Positions 55,693 through 64,000 of a stretch of DNA of 64,000 nucleotides are shown here, piece by piece. The stretch's first letter is position 1. Each line of letters begins with the position of its first letter. Position numbers and translations under genes: made by a program. The stretch lies in sequence record PZ386969.1; one strand, given 5' to 3'. The notes below the pieces were generated by a model. The model searched no databases, was not told the origin of the DNA, and worked only from the letters and a program-made list of their open reading frames with translations. The stretch comes from a phage.

Positions 55693-55768
55693 GACGATGT
55701 AGTTCAGTCGGTAGAACGGCGGTCTGTTAAACCGTATGTCGCAGGTTCAAGTCCTGCCATCGTCGCCA
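55693..55768 (+). tRNA. tRNA-Asn (GUU)
   Basis: Acceptor GACGATG/CATCGTC, anticodon loop CTGTTAA, T-arm GCAGG-TTCAAGT-CCTGC, encoded CCA. Confidence 0.8.
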
Positions 55769-56025
55769 GACAATGGGTGTGAACGAAAGTGAATAGGCAT
55801 AAAGTACGCGACCGACAAGCTCCAAGCCTCTGTCCAATAGCCGAACGGAATCCGAAGACGACGATAGTAGCGCCCACCAAATTCAGAGTGTAGAGGCTAC
55901 AGTAGTGCGCACCTCACGGGTTGCTACACCGGACACTCTGATACAAATCTACCGCCGCGTGGATTAGCTGAGGAAGGATGGCCGATGTCCTCGAGCGTGG
56001 CCCAGCACGCAGCGGCAGACCAAAT

Positions 56026-56109
56026 GTGAGTGTGGCAGAGCGGTCGAATGCAGGAGACTGTAAATCTCCCCGTAACAGCGCGGTGGTTCGAATCCATCCA
56101 CTCACACCA
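56026..56109 (+). tRNA. tRNA-Tyr (GUA), long variable arm
   Basis: Acceptor GTGAGTG/CACTCAC, anticodon loop CTGTAAA, T-arm GGTGG-TTCGAAT-CCATC, encoded CCA. Confidence 0.75.
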
Positions 56110-56329
56110 AACACAGTAAGCGTTGCAGCCAGCTGTGTATAAAATGGGGTGACTCCACATCGGAAACGATGCCCCAACTTCCAGAAATGGTCGGGCGCAA
56201 AGTCTGTAAAGTTCCAGGAGATCGAACCAGAAGGCACTGGTCGCCAGTTAACCAATCGGCGCTGAGAAGCGCGGGGAGTTGGGCTACGGCAGATCAAATG
56301 CTCAATCGGGTGTGAAGCCCGTCCAAATT

Positions 56330-56418
56330 GGAAGGTTGCCCGAGAGGTTTAAGGGACTCGACTGCTAATCGAGTGGGGCTTTTAGCCCCCGAAGGTTCGA
56401 ATCCTTCACCTTCCGCCA
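56330..56418 (+). tRNA. tRNA-Ser (GCU), long variable arm
   Basis: Acceptor GGAAGGT/ACCTTCC, anticodon loop CTGCTAA, variable-arm hairpin GGGGC/GCCCC, T-arm GAAGG-TTCGAAT-CCTTC, encoded CCA. Confidence 0.8.
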
Positions 56419-56634
56419 AATTACGGGCGTGACTTCCTGAAGAGTTAGAAGATGTGCATGTCGACTCTCTCGTAATCGGGTGTTTAGGAAGTTAAGAAAA
56501 TCGCGGCGAGGATAGTGAAATGCAAATAGCTTTCTCTACGTCGACGACTTCAGGTTCGACTCCTGACGCGCTCTCCCATAGGGTAGTACCAGTGCAAGCG
56601 TGTAGTCTTTCAACCCATCCCATCGATGTGGTGT

Positions 56635-56665
56635 AGCCGGATATCCTATCCGGCTTTCTTTTTAT
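56635..56665 (+). terminator. rho-independent terminator closing the tRNA cluster
   Basis: Stem AGCCGG/CCGGCT followed by TTCTTTTTAT. Confidence 0.65.
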
Positions 56666-56787
56666 CCCTGTCTTATTATCTTCTTATCGACCCAAGCATG
56701 TCCTCCTTTATCGTAGTTTGTTCAATGATACAAAGGGGGTTTAAAATTTAACCGTTAACCCCCTATCATAGATTTGAGGATACACTA

Positions 56788-57444
56788 ATGCGTAATGTTT
56801 CTATCTGGGAATTGAACGAAGTGATTTCCCGTGACACCCCTCCAATTGTCAGACTCTTCCGATACAAGGGTGTCAAGCGTACTCTGAATGAGTTCCTGTC
56901 GCCTGTTTACGTCTACCGTGATGGCGGGTTCTTCCGCCGCGATAAAAACATCCCGAACCTTGGTATGACGTTTGATTTGAGTATCAAAGGCCAGGTTGTA
57001 TTGATGGGTTATGATAGCCTGGAACAATCTGAGAAAGGCCAGGGCGCTCCACTTATGGTCTTCGGTTCGTTTGAACAAGCCGTGCACTGGCTGATCAGAA
57101 ACGGATATGATTTCTATGGCGAAGAAAGCGCCAATTGGCGTCGTCGCAAGGTCAAGTCTGTTGATCTGGTGGATTTGAATCTGATGTACCAGGCCATGGC
57201 TCGCGAGTACGAAAAGAATCTCGTCAAGCCTGTCGCCCAGGAGAACAATGTTGTTAACGACGCAACTGAGTCTTCTCATCATGACGTGAACATCGTTCCA
57301 GCCTGTGAAACGAAAGCGCCGACACCGCCCACTCCTCCGGCCAGTCGTGTTCTGAATGATCAGGGTGCTCCAGTAAAACAAAAGGTCAAAAAGCCAACTT
57401 TCATGGATAACATGATGAAGTTCCTTCGTCTGTTCAAGAAGTAA
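56788..57444 (+). CDS. hypothetical protein (218 aa)
   Basis: ATG with GAGGA RBS; follows the tRNA-cluster terminator. Confidence 0.5.
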   Translation: MRNVSIWELNEVISRDTPPIVRLFRYKGVKRTLNEFLSPVYVYRDGGFFRRDKNIPNLGMTFDLSIKGQVVLMGYDSLEQSEKGQGAPLMVFGSFEQAVHWLIRNGYDFYGEESANWRRRKVKSVDLVDLNLMYQAMAREYEKNLVKPVAQENNVVNDATESSHHDVNIVPACETKAPTPPTPPASRVLNDQGAPVKQKVKKPTFMDNMMKFLRLFKK

Positions 57445-57513
57445 TCCGAGATTCTCCTTTTCTATATTCCTGTAGATACGCTATGATAAGCCAATGTCTA
57501 CAGGAGAAATAGA

Positions 57514-58707
57514 ATGAACAAGACCATCTTCGATACCCTTTCCCTCGACCGCAACCTGGTCCATTGGGAAGATTATCTCTACAAGCACACCCCGTGCGAA
57601 CTTGTCGTCAACCCCGAAACCAACCAGCAGGTCTGGTTCAAGCGTGAAGATTATTTTGCGCCGCTGTCTAACTATGCCAACGCCAAGCAGGGCATCAATG
57701 GCAGCAAACTCCGCCAGGCCATCTGGTTGATGGTTGAGCACCTCAAGGCCGGAGGCTCCCCTGACATCATCCATGGTACTGTCGTTGGTAGTCCGCAGTC
57801 CCCTATGGCGACAGCAGTCTCTCGGCACTTCGGCGGCAAGACAACCACTGTACTCGGAGCGACCAAACCCACCACCTGTATGAACCACGACATGGTGGCA
57901 ATGTCAGCCTGGTTTGGTAGTGAGTTCAACTTCGTCGGCTCGGGTTACAACAGCACGATCCAGCCGCGCTGTAAGAAGTTGATCGAACAACAGAATCCAA
58001 AGGCGTATTATCTGGAGTATGGTATCACCCTCGACCATACAACCCACTCCCCTGAGCGCATTGCTGGGTTCCATATGCTGGGTGGCGAGCAGGTTGCCAA
58101 CATCCCTGACCATATTACCGATCTGATTATCCCTGCTGGATCCTGCAACTCGTGCACAAGCATCCTGACCGGGCTGGCAATGCATCCGAAGCCTAATCTG
58201 AAGCGTGTGTATCTGATCGGCATCGGTCCGAACCGCCTGGACTTCATTGAGAGCCGTCTGCGCATCATCGGCAAACATGCCAATCTACCGCACATTGTCG
58301 ACTTCACCCGTCGCTATCACGACAACCCAGACTATGTACACGGCAAGAAGGAGCTTCAGCATGCCTCTAAGAGCGTTTCGCTGGCTGGCCTCCTGAGTGG
58401 TATCAGGCAGAAGGAAGAGCCAGAGGTCGTGCTTCCTCGCTTTGAGGTACACCATTGGGATCTTCATACCACTAATTGGGTTCGTTATAATGACCTGATG
58501 GAATATCAGTGGGGTGATATTGAGTTGCATCCTCGCTATGAAGGCAAGGTCATGACCTGGGTTCAGCAACACAAGCCCGAGTTGCTCAATGAGAACACTC
58601 TGTTCTGGATTGTGGGTAGCAAGCCGTACATTGAGCCAATGAAGGCTGCATGCCCTGAACTGGCTATCCCTGAAACAGTTCCTGTAAACGACTTCACCCC
58701 TTCCTGA
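57514..58707 (+). CDS. PLP-dependent enzyme, fold type II (ACC deaminase / D-cysteine desulfhydrase family)
   Basis: TPCELV...FKREDY...NGSKLRQ (PLP-lysine region) and IIPAGSCNSCTSILTGL Gly-rich loop align with E. coli DcyD motifs KRDD, GGNKLRK, VVASGSAGTHAGL. Confidence 0.7.
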   Translation: MNKTIFDTLSLDRNLVHWEDYLYKHTPCELVVNPETNQQVWFKREDYFAPLSNYANAKQGINGSKLRQAIWLMVEHLKAGGSPDIIHGTVVGSPQSPMATAVSRHFGGKTTTVLGATKPTTCMNHDMVAMSAWFGSEFNFVGSGYNSTIQPRCKKLIEQQNPKAYYLEYGITLDHTTHSPERIAGFHMLGGEQVANIPDHITDLIIPAGSCNSCTSILTGLAMHPKPNLKRVYLIGIGPNRLDFIESRLRIIGKHANLPHIVDFTRRYHDNPDYVHGKKELQHASKSVSLAGLLSGIRQKEEPEVVLPRFEVHHWDLHTTNWVRYNDLMEYQWGDIELHPRYEGKVMTWVQQHKPELLNENTLFWIVGSKPYIEPMKAACPELAIPETVPVNDFTPS

Positions 58708-58713
58708 TCCATC

Positions 58714-58747
58714 CTAAATACCCCATACAAACCAGTGTGGGGTATTT
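58714..58747 (+). promoter_or_regulatory. late promoter CTAAATACCCCAT as 5' arm of hairpin; 3' arm TGGGGTATTT abuts ATG 58748
   Basis: Inverted repeat AAATACCCCA / TGGGGTATTT with 11-nt loop. Confidence 0.55.
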
Positions 58748-59212
58748 ATGAAAACCTTTCTTGAATATCTTAAAGAGGCGTCTGAGGCTGAACCCAAGTT
58801 CGATAACATGCGCCTCTTTCACGGCTCCAACGTAGAATTCGATGTCTTCGACTTTGAGCGCTTCGGTCAGACCGACTGTGGTACGATGGGACCTGGGTTC
58901 TATCTGACAGGCAACGAAGAAGAGGCACAGCGCTATGCAGAGAATGCCGTCCGCTACCGCCAGAGTGGTGAACCCCATGTTCTGGTGTTTAACGTCAGTG
59001 TTAAGAAGCCCCTCGAACTTGACTCTAACAATGTCTCGGCCTGGGAAGACGCTATGCGTGAACTTGGTATCGAACCGGGTAAGATCCATGAGAACGCCGC
59101 CGAGCTAATTGCTCAGGGCTATGACTCCACCATCGTGCTGGACCGCTTTGGGTTGCCTATGGTACGTGAGATCGTCCTGTACAAACCAGGCCTGGCAGTG
59201 CGGGAAGCCTAA
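58748..59212 (+). CDS. PARP-like (H-Y-E class) ADP-ribosyltransferase domain protein (154 aa)
   Basis: LFHGSNVEF ... GPGFYLTGNEEEAQRYA ... REIVLY parallels the PARP catalytic signature LWHGS ... GKGIYFADMVSKSANY ... NEYIVY; late-promoter hairpin immediately upstream. Confidence 0.5.
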   Translation: MKTFLEYLKEASEAEPKFDNMRLFHGSNVEFDVFDFERFGQTDCGTMGPGFYLTGNEEEAQRYAENAVRYRQSGEPHVLVFNVSVKKPLELDSNNVSAWEDAMRELGIEPGKIHENAAELIAQGYDSTIVLDRFGLPMVREIVLYKPGLAVREA

Positions 59213-59221
59213 ATACCCCCA
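59209..59221 (+). promoter_or_regulatory. late promoter motif CTAAATACCCCC upstream of acidic protein gene
   Basis: Motif 28 nt before ATG 59249. Confidence 0.45.
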
Positions 59222-59248
59222 TATGGCTAACCCACTGAGGAACCTAAC

Positions 59249-59707
59249 ATGCCAACCTCCAAATTGTTTGAATCAGAATACACCAATGACATCCCTGTAT
59301 GGACTGGTGTTCAAGACGGTATCACGATTGAGCTGTTTAATCGTGAAGAGACAGGCGCGGAAGAGATCTATGCAGGCGTTGAAGGCACTGATGTTGTCCG
59401 CGCCGCCGTAGCACTTGCTACCTTCCTGGAAGATGCACCGATTGATGGTGTGCCGTTCGAGGCGCACGTAGATCCCAAGGATCCGACCTCTATCATCATT
59501 ACAGTGAATGGGGTGCCATACACTTCGTACAGTATCGAGACGGACGAAGAGGGAAGCGGAGCGCTGTATATTGCCACCGACCTGCAGCTGGAAGACGATG
59601 AGATGGATTATCTGATTCAGAACGGGGTGCTGCCACCGTTTACCGATGAAGAACTGGACACGGAACTGGCTGCTGTCGGGGACGACGAAGACTTCTGGGA
59701 AGAATAA
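59249..59707 (+). CDS. acidic hypothetical protein (152 aa)
   Basis: ATG with GAGGAA RBS; CTAAATACCCCC motif upstream; Asp/Glu-rich. Confidence 0.5.
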   Translation: MPTSKLFESEYTNDIPVWTGVQDGITIELFNREETGAEEIYAGVEGTDVVRAAVALATFLEDAPIDGVPFEAHVDPKDPTSIIITVNGVPYTSYSIETDEEGSGALYIATDLQLEDDEMDYLIQNGVLPPFTDEELDTELAAVGDDEDFWEE

Positions 59708-59709
59708 GA

Positions 59710-59740
59710 AAAGGGGCGTTAAGCCCCTTTCTTATTTCTT
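59710..59740. terminator. bidirectional terminator between convergent genes
   Basis: Stem AAGGGGC/GCCCCTT with T-rich flanks on both strands. Confidence 0.6.
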
Positions 59741-59744
59741 CACA

Positions 59745-60302
59745 TTAAAGGCGGGAATCCAGCCAGGCGTTCTTTTCGTTCTGCCACTCCCAAGCGGCCT
59801 GACCGCCTGCCATGATCACTTCCAGGGAAGGAGTATTGTCATCCTCGCCACCGTGAAGGTCAGGGTCGAAGCCGTCATCTTCAGGATCGTCTTCGCATTC
59901 ATTCTGATAAGCGGAATATTCGATGTAATGGGCTTCAGCATCGCAATCCATGTCACCCAGAGCAGCCTCAAGAGTCATTTTACCTTCGGCAATCAGCTCG
60001 GCAGTCGCATCGTCCAGGCCTGCGTCTTTCGCTTCAACGAACAGTTCGTGACGTTTCTGGAAAAGGAAGAAGTTCATGGCTTCAATGCGTGAGTCGAAGT
60101 ACTCTTTGCGGGGAATCATGATTTCACGACCATCGACTTTGCTTACCATCAGCAGGCATGAACCGTATTCAACCAGGTAGCGACCGCCTTTCACTGGGTT
60201 GGAACCGTCAATTGTTCCCAGAGTGGTGATTGCGCGGCCTTCTTCAGTTCCGTACATTACAGTTTTACCAGATTTGGATTGAGTGATAATTTCGATTGCC
60301 AT
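59745..60302 (-). CDS. hypothetical protein
   Basis: Track ORF starts at TTG 60389; moved to ATG MAIEIITQ with AAGGAA RBS; early-type promoter upstream. Confidence 0.45.
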   Translation of the reverse strand: MAIEIITQSKSGKTVMYGTEEGRAITTLGTIDGSNPVKGGRYLVEYGSCLLMVSKVDGREIMIPRKEYFDSRIEAMNFFLFQKRHELFVEAKDAGLDDATAELIAEGKMTLEAALGDMDCDAEAHYIEYSAYQNECEDDPEDDGFDPDLHGGEDDNTPSLEVIMAGGQAAWEWQNEKNAWLDSRL

Positions 60303-60351
60303 GATGTATTTCCTTCTCTTCAGATTGTTGTTTGTTCGTACTACAATTAGA

Positions 60352-60380
60352 AGTATACGCCAGTTATTGAAGAAGTAAAC
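60352..60380 (-). promoter_or_regulatory. early-type promoter GTTTAC-N17-TATACT (minus strand)
   Basis: Exact T4-like -35 GTTTAC; AT-rich upstream block; drives gene 59745..60302. Confidence 0.45.
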
Positions 60381-60397
60381 TTTATTCAATAAATATT

Positions 60398-60610
60398 TTA
60401 ATAAATTTTGAACTCTGCTCCCCTGTACGTCGCCTTCCCTCGTTCTATGAGGCCGTCAGGGACAATTACCTTTGTCGGCCAACCACCATCTGGAGCCTTA
60501 ACAGTCAGGCGCGTCTTGTGATCGCCTAGCTGTGTTTGTTCATAAATCCTTCCGCGCACTATCGTCGCCCCGCCTTGGGTGACAAGCAATCTCTTGTTTA
60601 CCACATTCAT
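60398..60610 (-). CDS. hypothetical protein (70 aa)
   Basis: ORF in track with ATG. Confidence 0.4.
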   Translation of the reverse strand: MNVVNKRLLVTQGGATIVRGRIYEQTQLGDHKTRLTVKAPDGGWPTKVIVPDGLIERGKATYRGAEFKIY

Positions 60611-60652
60611 TCCCTAAACACCAAAAGAAAGGGGAGTTTCCTCCCCTTGAAC

Positions 60653-61225
60653 TTATTTCTTCAGATCAGGCCACGCACCAGAGGTCGCAGTAGACCCAGC
60701 TGGGGGAGCAGACTCAAGATCGGGAGCACCCGACTGAGTAACAACAGTGGGATCTTTCTGTACGACCCGAACCCCAAATTGCTTGAGAGCATCCATAGCT
60801 TGGGCTTTTCGCCTGTTGCTTTTGTAGTGGTTGTAGCCTTTGATACCGAATGATGCACTAATTGCTGTCAATAACGAATAGGTATACCATTCAGGTGCGG
60901 TATCTAGTGCCTGAAGGCCACCGATTACTGCTTTGATGAAATCCCCTTTATGATACTCACCAGGGAACAGAAACAGTTCCACAACCGGAGCAGTCATGAC
61001 GAGGATGGCGGGTATGGCCAACACGATAGTCCAGAATTCGTCTTTCCAAGACCCGCCGACTTCGGTAATCTTAGACAGCTCCCAATCTGAGGAGGACTTG
61101 ATGGCCTCCAGCTTGACGTCGTGTTTGGCCTGTACAACTTCCCGCTTATATTGGATCAAATCAGTCCCGAGGTTCCAGAGTTGCTTGAGCGCCCCTGGGA
61201 TCATACCAACGAGGGGGATTGCCAT
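60653..61225 (-). CDS. membrane protein (two hydrophobic segments)
   Basis: Start moved to ATG MAIPLVGM with AAGGAG RBS; segment FWTIVLAIPAILVMTAPVV. Confidence 0.45.
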   Translation of the reverse strand: MAIPLVGMIPGALKQLWNLGTDLIQYKREVVQAKHDVKLEAIKSSSDWELSKITEVGGSWKDEFWTIVLAIPAILVMTAPVVELFLFPGEYHKGDFIKAVIGGLQALDTAPEWYTYSLLTAISASFGIKGYNHYKSNRRKAQAMDALKQFGVRVVQKDPTVVTQSGAPDLESAPPAGSTATSGAWPDLKK

Positions 61226-61304
61226 AATAAACTCCTTGGTCAATGAATGGCTCTATGGTTAAATATGCCCACGTGCTAACGGCACGGATAACCTGGAGAA
61301 TTAC

Positions 61305-64000
61305 ATGACCGTTTTCTATACGAACGTTGCCCGCAGGGGCAATGACCTGTTGATTCGAATTGCAGATGACATGGGTAATCGCCGTCTGTTGAAAAAGAAA
61401 TTCGAACCCACTCTCTATTTACCCACGGCTGACTATTCAAATGTTGAAAAGGTCGGCCTTCTCAATGAACCCCTGGTAGCCAAGCAGTTCCCTTCCATGC
61501 GTGACGCTGATAACTATCTTGAAGAGTACAAGGAAGTCCAGGGTGCTGCCATTTACGGGCAGACCGATTATGCATACCAGTTCATCGCCCATAGCTTTCC
61601 TGGAAAGATTGAGCCGGATTATTCCAACATCCATATTGCTAACCTCGATATCGAAGTGTTCTCCGCCGGGTGGAAAGATGGAAAGATGACCAAAGGTCCA
61701 TTCCCTCACCCAACCATTGAGCAGCAGACGTTCAAAGGGAATGAGGCGCGCATTCGCCGCTTCCATCAGCAGGTACTGGCCAACCATGACTTCATCCGTG
61801 AGCACTTTCCCAGTTCCTTTATCAGCAACAACGTCACTGATAAGTTCCCTATCATTGACAGCAACGGCAAGATCACCCAAGACATGAATGCGGCGTTCCC
61901 CATTACCCTGATCCAGCTTCAGGACATGGCGACCAATAAGTTCATGGTGTGGGGTATGCCGTGCGCGAAGGATCGTGCGAAGTTCAGATACGATCCAGAA
62001 GACGCGGAGATCGGTGGACTTGAGGTGGAGTACAAGGAGTTTGTCACCGAGCAGGATCTGCTGCGATCTTTCCTTGACTTCTGGTCACAGCGTCAGTTCG
62101 ACGGCTGGACAGGTTGGAACATTGAGACGTTTGATAGTCCTTATCTTGTTGAGCGCATGAATCAGGTTCTGGGTGAGGCTGAAACGTCGCGCCTCAGTCC
62201 TTGGGGCATCATTAAGAAGCGCATCATCCGTGATAAGAAGGGTGACATCACGACGTATCAGTTCGTGGGTTGCCCTATGCTCGATTATATGCAGATCTAC
62301 AAGAAGCACACGTACACCACCCGTGAACGCTACTCTCTTGACTGGATTGCTTACTGTGAGCTGGGTGAGAAGAAGATGGACTACAGTGAGAGCAAGTCGC
62401 TCTTTGATCTGTACTTCAACGACTACTGCAAACACACCCGATATGGTATCAAAGACGTTAAGCTGGTATGGCGACTTGAACAGAAGCTGCGCCTGCTCCA
62501 GCTGATGTTCGTCCTGGCCTACCGCACCAAGTCCAACTATGAAGACGGTCTGGGCACTGTGGCTCCGTGGCTGGCCATGTGCTACTATCGCCTGTACGAG
62601 AAGGGGATAGTGCCTAAGATCCAGCGTGTATACGATGGTCCGACCGAATTTGAGGGTGCATACGTCATGGATGTGACACCAGGAATCTACTTCTGGGTCT
62701 TCTCGGAAGATTTGAACTCCCTGTATCCTCACATCATTCAGCAGTACAACCTCGGTCCTGAGACTATCGTTGGCGACAAACACCAGCGCCGTGAGATCAT
62801 TGAGGCTATGTGTGAAGAGCTTGCTGCTCAGATGAATAACATGGCAACGCCGATGCACAAACGTCGGTTGATGAAAGCCCTTCACGACAAGCTGTTGCGT
62901 GCGGTTGACGAACGCCTGCAGGTTGTTGATGAGTTGGTTGCCCTGGGTGAGTTCCACTTTGAAACCCTGCGCCGCTACAACGTGTCGTTCACGCCGAACG
63001 TTCAATTCTTCAGCAACGAGAAGATGTCGTTCCTGTCTGAAATCATGCGTGGTATCTACAGCGACCGTAAAGTAGAGAAAGCCAAGGGTCTGAAGTATGA
63101 GCAGTGGGCTGGTTGGTGTAAAGAGATGTCGAAGGGCGACTTCCATCTTGAGTCTGCCATGAAGTCTCGCTACTATGACCCAGAGTGGTATGAAGAGCAC
63201 AAGAACATTGATCTTGATGCCCTGACCGAAGTGATGAAGAAGTGGGAAGATCTGGGTGTTGCTCAAGATACCCTTCAGCAAGGTCTGAAGATCTTGATGA
63301 ACGCAGGTTATGGCGCGATCTCAAACGTCTGGTTCAAAGAGTACTTCAACCTCAACATTGCCGAAGCCATCACCACATCCGGTCAGCTGATCAACAAGTG
63401 GAACAAGCGTTACACTGATGACTATCTGAACAAGCTGTGTGGTACAACAGGCCAGGACTTCGTCATCGCAGGGGATACCGACTCCAACTACATCTGTATT
63501 GAGCGTCTTGTCAAGCAGTTGTGGCCTGATGTTACTGACCATCATGCTATGGTTGATAATATCGACCAATGGATCAAAGACAACTACCAGCCGAAGACCA
63601 ATGAGTGGGCACAGCTTCTGTGTAACACCATGAACGGATTTGAACAGCGTATGGTATGGGAGCGTGAGGTCATTGCGTCAGCCGCTGTCTGGCGAGCCAA
63701 GAAGATGTATGCCATGGCCGTGTACGACAGTGAGGGTATCAAGTATGAGAAGCCGAAGATCAAGTTCAAAGGTCTGGAAGCCCGCAAGTCCACCACGCCG
63801 GAATGGTGTCGTGAGCGCCTTGTCAAGTGCTATGAGAAGATCCTACTCGGCACCGAAGAGGAAGTACAGACGCTCATCTCCCAGTACAAAGAGGAGTATA
63901 TGAAACTCTCTGTAGACGATATCGCCAAGGCGTCAGGCGTGTCCGACATAGAGAAGTGTGTGGCTGCTGACGGATCGTTTATATCTGGTGCTCATTTTGC
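61305..64000 (+). CDS. gp43: DNA polymerase, family B (gp43-like); 3' end beyond right window edge
   Basis: Open frame from ATG 61305 with GGAG RBS to the window end; exo I ANLDIEVF, motif A DLNSLYPHII, motif C IAGDTDSNYI; N-terminus resembles T4 gp43. Confidence 0.9.
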   Translation, partial: MTVFYTNVARRGNDLLIRIADDMGNRRLLKKKFEPTLYLPTADYSNVEKVGLLNEPLVAKQFPSMRDADNYLEEYKEVQGAAIYGQTDYAYQFIAHSFPGKIEPDYSNIHIANLDIEVFSAGWKDGKMTKGPFPHPTIEQQTFKGNEARIRRFHQQVLANHDFIREHFPSSFISNNVTDKFPIIDSNGKITQDMNAAFPITLIQLQDMATNKFMVWGMPCAKDRAKFRYDPEDAEIGGLEVEYKEFVTEQDLLRSFLDFWSQRQFDGWTGWNIETFDSPYLVERMNQVLGEAETSRLSPWGIIKKRIIRDKKGDITTYQFVGCPMLDYMQIYKKHTYTTRERYSLDWIAYCELGEKKMDYSESKSLFDLYFNDYCKHTRYGIKDVKLVWRLEQKLRLLQLMFVLAYRTKSNYEDGLGTVAPWLAMCYYRLYEKGIVPKIQRVYDGPTEFEGAYVMDVTPGIYFWVFSEDLNSLYPHIIQQYNLGPETIVGDKHQRREIIEAMCEELAAQMNNMATPMHKRRLMKALHDKLLRAVDERLQVVDELVALGEFHFETLRRYNVSFTPNVQFFSNEKMSFLSEIMRGIYSDRKVEKAKGLKYEQWAGWCKEMSKGDFHLESAMKSRYYDPEWYEEHKNIDLDALTEVMKKWEDLGVAQDTLQQGLKILMNAGYGAISNVWFKEYFNLNIAEAITTSGQLINKWNKRYTDDYLNKLCGTTGQDFVIAGDTDSNYICIERLVKQLWPDVTDHHAMVDNIDQWIKDNYQPKTNEWAQLLCNTMNGFEQRMVWEREVIASAAVWRAKKMYAMAVYDSEGIKYEKPKIKFKGLEARKSTTPEWCRERLVKCYEKILLGTEEEVQTLISQYKEEYMKLSVDDIAKASGVSDIEKCVAADGSFISGAHF

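Noticed and set aside
56499-56578. Fifth tRNA around the T-arm TCAGG-TTCGACT-CCTGA
   Set aside because: No acceptor-stem complement, D-arm or anticodon arm could be folded upstream; 3' end reads TCCCA rather than discriminator plus CCA.
53617-56665. CRISPR array or direct-repeat array in the non-coding RNA region
   Set aside because: No regularly spaced identical direct repeats; the only periodicity is loosely spaced T-arm-like fragments.
62085-63281. 398-aa minus-strand ORF and several shorter ones opposite the DNA polymerase gene
   Set aside because: Antisense to a strongly supported family-B polymerase frame; low-complexity Leu/Val/Arg-rich translation typical of a shadow ORF.

Overview
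This 64-kb window reads as a contiguous piece of a T4-superfamily myovirus genome; no host genes are evident. Most genes are on the minus strand. From left to right: (1) an accessory operon with a Prs-like and a Nampt-like enzyme (candidate NAD+ salvage/reconstitution pair) plus a vWA-domain gene running off the left edge; (2) several unknown genes including 672-aa and 407-aa proteins; (3) a T4-type replication block (RegA, gp62, gp44, gp45) and a UvsW helicase; (4) a long late structural module in T4 order (MCP gp23, split scaffold gp22, protease gp21, portal gp20, tube gp19, sheath gp18, terminase gp17/gp16, neck gp15/14/13), then a 1612-aa structural protein, three large tailspike-like proteins sharing an N-proximal module, a repeat-containing fibre and baseplate proteins; (5) a plus-strand block with a 1.8-kb ORF-poor RNA region, four tRNAs (Met, Asn, Tyr, Ser), a PLP-dependent enzyme, a PARP-like ADP-ribosyltransferase and the start of a family-B DNA polymerase. 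Mobile elements: a 159-aa mini-intein in the TerL P-loop and a free-standing nuclease gene on the opposite strand between sheath and tube. Recurrent signals: CTAAATA-type late-promoter motifs, five of them as the 5' arm of a hairpin whose 3' arm (GGGGTATTT) lies at the start codon, and a near-identical terminator hairpin reused at least four times. The T4-like core combined with three modular tailspikes resembles Ackermannviridae (inference from memory, not a search). All homology calls are from recalled motifs and T4 protein sequences; coordinates of regulatory motifs are approximate (+/-2 nt). The ORF track often starts at upstream GTG/TTG codons; starts were moved to the first RBS-supported ATG where noted.
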